Origin: an uncultured Spirochaetaceae bacterium
GTDB lineage: Bacteria; Spirochaetota; Spirochaetia; Sphaerochaetales; Sphaerochaetaceae
DNA: 41,430 nucleotides
Assembly (NCBI GenBank): GCA_944389985.1
Contig: CALXON010000182.1
Location: 1-41,430, forward strand
Reading direction: 5' to 3'
Shown here: positions 8,605 to 16,007 of the stretch, piece after piece
How positions within the stretch are numbered: position 1 is the stretch's first letter
Layout: every line of letters begins with the position of its first letter
The notes under the pieces: generated by a model
Database searches by the model: none
What the model was told of the DNA's origin: nothing
Seen by the model: only the letters and a program-made list of their open reading frames with translations
Translations under genes and position numbers: made by a program

Positions 8605-9898
8605 AGGGACCAAGACATCCTATTGGAACAATATTGATCCCTTCTTCCGTTGTGTATGCTATACGGCCTCCTGTAATAATCATCAGAAGAGAAGGTTCTT
8701 CGATATAATCTTCTGTCCGTTCTATTTCGGTATTGTGTTTTCTAATTAGATCTCTCAGCTTCAATAAATGTGATTTTCCTTCTTCAATGCCTTTTTCCCC
8801 CAGTTTGCATTCGATTAGAGCATACCGGCCATCACTCAGATGAAGAACGAAATCGGCTTCAAGTCCGTATCTGTCACGATAGTATGACAGATGACCATTC
8901 AATGGTGTCGAGTAAACTTCCAGATCTCTTGCAACAAGGGATTCAAATAAGAATCCAAATGTCTTGAGATCTTTTTCAAGAATAGTCGGAGACAATCCAA
9001 GAGCAGCTGCAGCTATTGCTGGATCTGCGATCATTCTTTTTGTTCCTGAACGTATGGCTGTTGCCGATCTGATTCTCGGCGACCAGGCATCCAGCTCGGA
9101 GATTACAAATAGTTTTCTCAGCGCATTTGTATAATCGTAATAGGTTTGAGAAGATATATTACCATCTCCTGATATGTCTTTCATAATTGATTTATCCGTT
9201 ACAAGAGTTGCTATGTTCCTGGAATAAGACCGGATTATTCTTCTGGCAATGACAGGATTACGTTCTGTATTATCAACTCTTGAAATATCATCATTAACGA
9301 TGTCATTCAGATAATTTGTTCCTATGAACAGCGCATTTTCTCTGTTAAGGCGGAGCGATTGGGGAAATCCCCCTCGGCAAGATGCATATATAAGATCATT
9401 AATTGAGAGATCGGACAAAGTTCCGTCTGAATCATTTTCCTTATTGAAAAGTTTGCTAAGAGAGACTTTTCCATTTGATTCTCCTGATTCCAGAAGGGAC
9501 ATAGTATGCATATCAAGTTTCAGGATACGGCCTGTTCCTGTATGCACTATTTTGCGACGGTCTTCCACTGAAGATCCTGTAAGAATGAATTGTCCAGGCT
9601 CTCCTCCACTTCTGTCGATTGCAGTACGAACGGCATCCCATATTCGAGGTACGTCCTGCCACTCATCAATGAGAATCGGTTTTTCTCCTTTCAAAAGGAG
9701 GGAAGGGGAGATTTCAGCTGTTGCGATATATCCAGGAGCCGCATCAGCATCACCAAAGTCAATTACTGTTTTTGCAACTTTTTGAGCACTTGTTGACTTT
9801 CCACACCATTTAATACCTCTTATTTGTATGCCTCCTGAGATTTGAAGGCTTCGTAATATTATTTTGTCTATTATGCGTGGATAATAATTCTTGATCAT
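8603..9898 (-). CDS. AAA ATPase fused to a PD-(D/E)xK nuclease-like C-terminal domain (AAA_14/DUF4143-type architecture)
   Basis: 431 aa. Walker A GIKWCGKST and Walker B ILIDEW. C-terminal FES...GLEADFVLHLSDGRYALIECKLGEKG is an E...D...ExK nuclease-like motif. The gene is visibly A+T-rich compared with its neighbours. Confidence 0.75.
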   Translation of the reverse strand: MIKNYYPRIIDKIILRSLQISGGIQIRGIKWCGKSTSAQKVAKTVIDFGDADAAPGYIATAEISPSLLLKGEKPILIDEWQDVPRIWDAVRTAIDRSGGEPGQFILTGSSVEDRRKIVHTGTGRILKLDMHTMSLLESGESNGKVSLSKLFNKENDSDGTLSDLSINDLIYASCRGGFPQSLRLNRENALFIGTNYLNDIVNDDISRVDNTERNPVIARRIIRSYSRNIATLVTDKSIMKDISGDGNISSQTYYDYTNALRKLFVISELDAWSPRIRSATAIRSGTKRMIADPAIAAAALGLSPTILEKDLKTFGFLFESLVARDLEVYSTPLNGHLSYYRDRYGLEADFVLHLSDGRYALIECKLGEKGIEEGKSHLLKLRDLIRKHNTEIERTEDYIEEPSLLMIITGGRIAYTTEEGINIVPIGCLGP

Positions 9899-9905
9899 AT
9901 AATCA

Positions 9906-9934
9906 TGTATAACTTATTGGATTTGATCCGTCAA
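9906..9934 (-). promoter_or_regulatory. putative promoter of the AAA ATPase gene (TTGACG-17 nt-TATACA), with the -10 only 7 nt from the ATG
   Basis: The minus strand reads TTGACG gatcaaatccaataagt TATACA tgattat ATG. There is no SD, which suggests a leaderless mRNA. Confidence 0.4.
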
Positions 9935-9999
9935 ACAGATTTGTGGTACTTTGACAAACAGATTTGTGGTACTTTGACAAACAGATTGTACTTGTCAAG
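9933..9999. repeat. tandem direct repeat: two perfect 23-bp units plus a degenerate third
   Basis: AAACAGATTTGTGGTACTTTGAC at 9933-9955 and again at 9956-9978, then the degenerate AAACAGATTGTACTTGTCAAG at 9979-9999. Sits immediately upstream of the -35 of the ATPase gene. Confidence 0.95.
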
Positions 10000-10163
10000 A
10001 AAAGTAGACAGAAAAAATATTTATTCTCATCTTGTATTTTTAGAAGTTTACATAAGCAATGTTTTTCACTCAGTGGTTTTTTCAAAAGTAGACAGAGGCT
10101 CTTCCACAGAAGGAGGAATATCCTCTTCTCTCCATGCCCCATCCCGTCTTGATGCCACCGGAC

Positions 10164-10192
10164 AAAAAAAGAAGCGGACCGAAGCCCGCTTC
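10164..10192 (-). terminator. intrinsic terminator of the second sugar ABC operon
   Basis: The minus strand reads GAAGCGG-gcttcggt-CCGCTTC followed by TTTTTTT, about 20 nt after the SBP stop codon. Confidence 0.75.
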
Positions 10193-10213
10193 CACCTGAT
10201 TTCCTTGGATTCG

Positions 10214-11776
10214 TTATACAAGGTAGGAGTTGGCGACTGCGTAGTCGTAGCCTTCCTGCTCCCATGCTGTTGCTCCAAGCTTATCAAGCTGGTCGATGAA
10301 TGCCTGCCAGTTCTCTGGAGTAAGCTCTCTTGCTCCGGTAAAGAACTCTGCAAGACCCTGCTGATAGTATGTCTTGAGGTCGTTGCCAGGAATAGGCATT
10401 GAATCCATTCCGTTTGCAGGTGTCCATGTCTTTGACTGCATATCACGGAGAGTCCAGAGTGCGCTCATCTCCTTTCCGGAGTTCTCACAGGTATAGACAG
10501 GGTATCTGCTCAGGAGCTCAGTCTCTGATGTGTAGTTGAATGCCATCGATCTGAGCTGGATATATGTCTGTCCGATTGGTCCCTCGAATCCGATATCACC
10601 TTCTGTGGATACAGGAATTCCGTTCTCGTCGAGAACATAGTTGATGCCTTCCTGTCCCCAGCCGCAGAGGAAGTATCCTTCATCATGAGCCATCCATTCG
10701 AAGAGCTCACAGATCTTCTCTGCCTTTCCTGCATCTGCTGCGTCAGCACTGATACACCAGATTCTGAGTCCTCTTACTGCAGGTCCTACTGAGCGGAGTC
10801 CTGTAGGTCCGTATGGAGGCTCAATTACGATCCATTCGCCTTCTGGGAAGTTTGCATCGAACGGAGCATAGTTGTTCTGTGCATGGAGTGCCGCGTTCTG
10901 CTCTCTCATGATACCGAACTTGCCCTGCTTCCATGCTGCGCGGAAGTCATCCTTCTTGTATGCCATCCAGTTAGGATCGATGACGCCTGCGTCGATGATC
11001 TTCTTCATGAATACCATGTAGTCATAGAACTCAGGCTTGTGGATCTGGAGACCGAAACTGTCCTTTGACATATCCCATGTGCCGTCAACACCGAATGCAC
11101 CCATGAGAGGCTCGAATCTTCTGCCAGGATAGCTTTCGTAGATTGTCTCCTCGATGAATGCTCCGTATCCCCATGTATCGTTTCTGCCGTTTCCGTCAGG
11201 ATCGTTGTATGTGAATGCGTACATTACGTCGAAAAGCTCATCAAGTGTTGTAGGTACTTCAAGTCCGAGGTTGTCGAGCCAGTCCTTTCTGATTACAAGA
11301 CCCTCGTTCATTGTGATGATACTCGGAGTTGCGAAACCATAGCTTCTGCCGTCGATCGTTGTGAAGTTGATCGCATCCTGATCGAACATGATAGCTGTTC
11401 TCTCAGGCATCAGCTCATAAAGATCGGTGACATCAGCGAGCATGCCATTGTTTGCAAGGCGTACCCAGACCTCTCTGTTTGCTACGAAGAAGTCAGGAAG
11501 CTCGTTTGCTGCGGCTGCGGCCTGTACCTTCATATCCTGATCGGTTGTGCTCGATGGAAGTGAAGATGCATCAAGCTCGATTCCCATATCCCTGAGGATG
11601 TCGTATCCTACCCAGTCATTCGGAAGTGGTCCGACCTCTGTCTGTGTCGCGTTGTACCACATCTCGATGTGTGTAAGACCGTCATCAGCCTTTGCTTCCT
11701 TTGATCCTCCTGCGAATACAGGTGAGATCGCAGTGAGAAGTGCGAGCAGAATGATCAGTGTTGTTCTGGTTTTCAT
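10214..11776 (-). CDS. large extracellular solute-binding protein (LplA-like, carbohydrate ABC)
   Basis: 520 aa. Signal peptide MKTRTTLIILLALLTAISPVFAG. Follows two permease genes. SD AAGGAGG. Confidence 0.8.
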   Translation of the reverse strand: MKTRTTLIILLALLTAISPVFAGGSKEAKADDGLTHIEMWYNATQTEVGPLPNDWVGYDILRDMGIELDASSLPSSTTDQDMKVQAAAAANELPDFFVANREVWVRLANNGMLADVTDLYELMPERTAIMFDQDAINFTTIDGRSYGFATPSIITMNEGLVIRKDWLDNLGLEVPTTLDELFDVMYAFTYNDPDGNGRNDTWGYGAFIEETIYESYPGRRFEPLMGAFGVDGTWDMSKDSFGLQIHKPEFYDYMVFMKKIIDAGVIDPNWMAYKKDDFRAAWKQGKFGIMREQNAALHAQNNYAPFDANFPEGEWIVIEPPYGPTGLRSVGPAVRGLRIWCISADAADAGKAEKICELFEWMAHDEGYFLCGWGQEGINYVLDENGIPVSTEGDIGFEGPIGQTYIQLRSMAFNYTSETELLSRYPVYTCENSGKEMSALWTLRDMQSKTWTPANGMDSMPIPGNDLKTYYQQGLAEFFTGARELTPENWQAFIDQLDKLGATAWEQEGYDYAVANSYLV

Positions 11777-11785
11777 AAAACCTCC

Positions 11786-12694
11786 TTATCCTTTTACGCT
11801 TCCAAGAAGCGTTCCTTTGGTGAAGTATTTCTGTATGAACGGATATGCGATGACCATTGGTATTGCTGAGAGGAATACCGATGCGGCTTTGATGGCCTCG
11901 ACTGGCGCATTTCCGAAAGCCCTTGCCTCGACGAACTCATTCATGCCGGCTGCAAGAAGGATGTTCCTGAGCAGGATCGGGAGCGGTCTGAGGTAATCTC
12001 TTGTGAGGTAGAGCATCGGACGGAAGTAGTCGTTCCAGAATGCGACTCCGTAATACAGTCCGATTGTCATGATGATGGCCTTCGAGAGAGGAAGTATGAT
12101 CCTTATGAGAATCTGAAGTTCGTTGCAGCCATCAATTGATGCGCTTTCTCTCAGCTCATTCGGGATTCCCTCGAAGAAGGATCTCATGATGATACAGTTG
12201 TATGTGCTTATCGCGACAGGAAGGAATACAGACTCAAGATGGTTTGTAAGTCCGAGCTTTGCGATGAGCAGGTATACCGGGATGATACCGACATTGAAGA
12301 TGTATGGAACGAGTACGAAGATCGTGATGAACTTCTTTCCTCTGAGATTCCTCACGGAAAGTCCATACGCAAGAGGAATTGTCAGGATGAGTGCGCATAC
12401 GACACCTTCGACAAGGATCTTGATGGAGTTCCAGAATGCGATCAGGAAGCCATCATTTCCAAGAAGGGACTCATATGCCGCGAATGACCATTCCCATGGT
12501 GGAAGGAACATTCCTTCCGTGTATGTTCCGATGAAGGTGTCCGGTCTGAATGAGAGGGTGAGAGTACTCCAAAGAGGAAGTACGATCACAATGAGGATGA
12601 ACACCATGAAGATATCGACAAAGATGTTGAAACCTCTGTCTGCCGCTGTCGGTTTGACCGCTACGCTTGTTATCTGCTTATTCTTCTTTTTCAT
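11786..12694 (-). CDS. carbohydrate ABC transporter permease (LplC-like)
   Basis: 302 aa, multi-TM, EAA loop RESASIDGCNELQILIRIILPL. SD GAGGAGG. Confidence 0.8.
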   Translation of the reverse strand: MKKKNKQITSVAVKPTAADRGFNIFVDIFMVFILIVIVLPLWSTLTLSFRPDTFIGTYTEGMFLPPWEWSFAAYESLLGNDGFLIAFWNSIKILVEGVVCALILTIPLAYGLSVRNLRGKKFITIFVLVPYIFNVGIIPVYLLIAKLGLTNHLESVFLPVAISTYNCIIMRSFFEGIPNELRESASIDGCNELQILIRIILPLSKAIIMTIGLYYGVAFWNDYFRPMLYLTRDYLRPLPILLRNILLAAGMNEFVEARAFGNAPVEAIKAASVFLSAIPMVIAYPFIQKYFTKGTLLGSVKG

Positions 12695-12704
12695 GCTGAC
12701 CTCC

Positions 12705-13646
12705 TCAGAACAGTGATGACTCTGTGTACTTCTTCGACAGGTAGTTGGAAAGGAACAGCAGAAGCATTCCGATCAATCCCTTGAAGAGACCTGCCGCCGT
12801 CGCAAGACCGAACTGGCCTTCGAGGAGTCCCTGTCTGTAGACCCATGTATCGATGATGTCACCGACACTGTAGACTGCAGGGCTGTAGAGCATGAATATC
12901 TGATTGAAACCTGCCTCGAAGATGGTTCCTATCTTCAGAAGCAGAACTGTGACTATAACCGGCTTGATGGCAGGGAATGTGATATATTTGACCCTCTGCC
13001 AGCTGTTCGCACCCTCAACCATGGCAGCCTCGAAGAGTGATACATCAATACCCATGAGGGCTGCGATGAAGATGATGGCTGACCATCCCATCTCTTTCCA
13101 CGCATCTGAGAATATTACAAGCCACGGGAAGGCTTTCGCATTCGTGAGGAAGTCTATCGGCTGTCCCCCGAAGAACTTTATCAGGTCGTTGATGATTCCG
13201 TCTCCAGGAGCGAAGAGCGAGAGAAGGATTCCGTACATGATAACCCACGACAGGAAGTGAGGAAGGTATGCAAGTGTCTGCACGACCTTTCTCAGAGCGC
13301 CATGGCGGCACTCGTAGATCGCAATGGCGAGGATGATCGAGAGCGGAAGTGATACGATGATCTTTCCGACACTGTACATCAGCGTATTGCGGATCAGGCT
13401 CCAGAAATAGTGGGAAGTAACGAACTCATAGAAGTTCTCCATTCCGACCCAGGGGGACGTTGTGATGCCATACCTGACGGACTTGAAGTTTCTGAATGCG
13501 ATCTGTGCATTCCACAGCGGAATGTACTTGAAGATGAAGTAGTAGACAAGAGGAAGAACGATAAGCATGTAGATCCACTTCTGGCGTGCCACATCCTTTT
13601 TCAGTTTTCCCCAGTAGTTTTTGTCTCTCAGGTTTTTTCCATCCAT
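12705..13646 (-). CDS. carbohydrate ABC transporter permease (LplB-like)
   Basis: Multi-TM with the EAA loop FEAAMVEGANSWQRVKYITFPA. I prefer the ATG at 13646 (AAGGAG 8 nt upstream) over the track's TTG at 13652. Confidence 0.8.
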   Translation of the reverse strand: MDGKNLRDKNYWGKLKKDVARQKWIYMLIVLPLVYYFIFKYIPLWNAQIAFRNFKSVRYGITTSPWVGMENFYEFVTSHYFWSLIRNTLMYSVGKIIVSLPLSIILAIAIYECRHGALRKVVQTLAYLPHFLSWVIMYGILLSLFAPGDGIINDLIKFFGGQPIDFLTNAKAFPWLVIFSDAWKEMGWSAIIFIAALMGIDVSLFEAAMVEGANSWQRVKYITFPAIKPVIVTVLLLKIGTIFEAGFNQIFMLYSPAVYSVGDIIDTWVYRQGLLEGQFGLATAAGLFKGLIGMLLLFLSNYLSKKYTESSLF

Positions 13647-13876
13647 TAGCAAAACTCCTTTCTATGTGAAAGATCAAACTCCAACTATGTCGTATCAGTT
13701 GTGCAAGAACAAGCGATGACTTTGATCAGAAGTCACAACCATTCTCCTTAATAAATCAGTTTGAAAGAGGTCCTCTCCATAAAGAATAGTTTAAAGGGGC
13801 TCTTTTTCCTCTGTCAAAGACCTTTTTACATATTTCATTAATTATTTTTAGATAACCTGTACGATAATTCAATATT

Positions 13877-14596
13877 ATGGACGCCTACAATGATGAACAT
13901 TTTCTTTCTTCGTATCTGAGATTGAGGGAGAATCCCAATTATAATGACCTTCTTGAAACACCTGCGGCATTGTCGCTTCTGCCGGATGTGAAAGGACGTA
14001 ACATCCTTGATATCGGCTGTGGATTCGGTGCATCTTCTGCATATTTCGCTGATGCCGGTGCGACATCTGTTCTCGCCATCGATGCTTCAGAGAGGATGAT
14101 CAGCAAGGCCATCTCTGACAACAGTCGGGAGAACATAGAGTATGAGGTGATGAGAGCTGAGGATCTTCATACAGATCGTAAGTTCGATATCGTGTGGAGT
14201 TCACTGGTATTTCATTACATAGAAGACTTCGGTTCTCTTCTGAAGACAATTCATGATCATCTGGTTCCCGGAGGAATTCTCATCTTCTCACAGGAACATC
14301 CTCTTACCACATCAGATTACTCTGGTCATTACACTGAAGACAACGATGGAAACTGGAACGGATACCGGTTCTCATCTTACGGAAGGGAAGGGGAACGCAG
14401 GAGTCTGTGGTTCGATACCGAAGTCGTGACGTACCATCGTACATTCTCGACGATTATCACATCGCTCCATGATAACGGTTTTGTTGTTGAGAAGGTACTT
14501 GAACCATTACCTTCTGAACCTGCAATAAGCATCATTCCAAGAATGAAGAGAGAGATACATAAGCCTTCATTTCTTGTGATAAAAGCCCGCATATAG
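13877..14596 (+). CDS. class I SAM-dependent methyltransferase
   Basis: 239 aa. Motif I ILDIGCGFGASS, then an acidic loop VLAIDASE. No SD. GATAAT lies 8 nt before the ATG. Confidence 0.8.
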   Translation: MDAYNDEHFLSSYLRLRENPNYNDLLETPAALSLLPDVKGRNILDIGCGFGASSAYFADAGATSVLAIDASERMISKAISDNSRENIEYEVMRAEDLHTDRKFDIVWSSLVFHYIEDFGSLLKTIHDHLVPGGILIFSQEHPLTTSDYSGHYTEDNDGNWNGYRFSSYGREGERRSLWFDTEVVTYHRTFSTIITSLHDNGFVVEKVLEPLPSEPAISIIPRMKREIHKPSFLVIKARI

Positions 14597-14610
14597 ACCA
14601 TAGAGAAATT

Positions 14611-14665
14611 TATCAATGTTGTGAGCCAGATCTCTTAGCCTGTGCGGAGACTGGCTCTCTTTTTA
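14611..14665 (+). repeat. conserved box + stem-loop element, copy A (also has the form of an intrinsic terminator)
   Basis: TATCAATGTT (14611-14620). Stem GAGCCAG(A)TCTC (14623-14634) pairs with GAGACTGGCTC (14647-14657). Loop TTAGCCTGTGCG (14635-14646), followed by TCTCTTTTTAT. See findings. Confidence 0.8.
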
Positions 14666-14729
14666 TCTATAGTAGACCTTATCATGGCTTTATCTTGTTT
14701 TGTATAATATCCTTCATTTGGAGATACCT

Positions 14730-15944
14730 ATGGGAAAGAAAGATTTCATAATGAATAGAGCAAAACCCTCAGGAGTCATTGAACCTGATAATTCACTTGT
14801 ATTTGATGAGATATTCTCATTACTGACAGAAGCAAAGCCCGAAGAGGCTCAGAAGCTCATTGATGGACTGGATCTCCCAGAGGATGATCCTGACTACTAT
14901 TTCATGGAGTGCATGCAGGGCTTTGTCCATCTTGAGTCCTGTGTTTCCTGTGATGATGAGAACAAGGCCAGAACCTATGCGGAGAAGGCCAGCAGATGCC
15001 TTCATGCTGCACAGGATCACGGAGTCGATCTTCCGGGAATGGAGAAAGCTGTGGAGTTCGCCGATCTCTTCTGTGCCGGTGATTTCGATGCTCTGGATGA
15101 GATTTACGCAAGGGACTATGGGAATGAGAGTGAGTCGGCCCTGTTCATGAAGAACATGGGTACATTCATCCCCCTGATGTACAAGAGAATCTCAGATGGA
15201 GATGACTTTGTCGCCACGATCAGGATCATTGATGACATTGATCTGACTCTTGATGATTTTCGTGATCATCTTTCTGATGTCCACCATATGAAGTCCAGAA
15301 AGAAGAAATGGGCAGGATCCGGGCTTCTTTTCACCGTTGAAGGAGCTGAATGCCGTCTGGAGAGACTTCCCGCAGAGACTGGTGCTGATGCGGATAAGGT
15401 CAATGAATTCATCAGGAATAATTACTACAAGACGGATTTCGAGAAGGATTTCAGGACTGAACCATGCAAAACGGTACTCCGTCTCACAGTGTCCGGAGGC
15501 AAGTGTGAAAGCTGTACCCGGCGTGGCATGATCTTCTTCTCAGTCCTTGATTCAATCCTTGCCTCATGTATTTCCGAGACAGTCAGCGTTTTCGGATATC
15601 TCTATGACGGGGAGGCGCTTTCAGACAGCTTCGATGAGTATATGACAGCGACGATCATCATGAATGTCCTTCCTGCCCCTGAGCTCAGGAAAGCGGGTAA
15701 AGGATATGCATTCACGACCTGCGGATTTTCTTCCTATGGTTTTCCTGAGCTTACGGGAACAACGAAGAGCGTGGATGAGGAAACAGCATACGGGGAGGTC
15801 ACAATACTGATCACAGAAGTGCTGAAGTATGAGGCTCTGCTGGGGTATGGGGATGTTCCTGAAGGAGTCTTTGATCATGTTTCAGGACTGAAGTTCCTCT
15901 TTGCTGGCATGATGGGAGAGTGCAGGGAAGTCCATATTCTGTAA
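14730..15944 (+). CDS. hypothetical protein (404 aa from the ATG at 14730)
   Basis: Long ORF with coding-like composition. TATAAT at 14703-14708 and GGAGA 6 nt before the ATG at 14730. The track's TTG at 14700 overlaps the -10 box and is probably an artefact. No motif I can name with confidence. Confidence 0.6.
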   Translation: MGKKDFIMNRAKPSGVIEPDNSLVFDEIFSLLTEAKPEEAQKLIDGLDLPEDDPDYYFMECMQGFVHLESCVSCDDENKARTYAEKASRCLHAAQDHGVDLPGMEKAVEFADLFCAGDFDALDEIYARDYGNESESALFMKNMGTFIPLMYKRISDGDDFVATIRIIDDIDLTLDDFRDHLSDVHHMKSRKKKWAGSGLLFTVEGAECRLERLPAETGADADKVNEFIRNNYYKTDFEKDFRTEPCKTVLRLTVSGGKCESCTRRGMIFFSVLDSILASCISETVSVFGYLYDGEALSDSFDEYMTATIIMNVLPAPELRKAGKGYAFTTCGFSSYGFPELTGTTKSVDEETAYGEVTILITEVLKYEALLGYGDVPEGVFDHVSGLKFLFAGMMGECREVHIL

Positions 15945-16007
15945 TTTATGTGAATTCGTTCATTACCTGTACGATTTTCTGTTATCTTCCCTTTCAGGAG
16001 AAGATGA

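Noticed and set aside
9933-9999. Possibility that the 23-bp tandem repeat is a miniature CRISPR array
   Set aside because: The units are directly adjacent with no spacers, and there are only two and a fraction copies. There are no cas genes in the window, and the array sits on a promoter.
14611-14665. Reading the conserved hairpin elements as integron attC sites or REP/RAYT targets
   Set aside because: I could not find the inverse-core and core pair (RYYYAAC ... GTTRRRY) at the stem bases. There is no integrase or tyrosine/HUH transposase in the window. In REPs the stem rather than the loop is conserved. This idea is kept only as a remote alternative.
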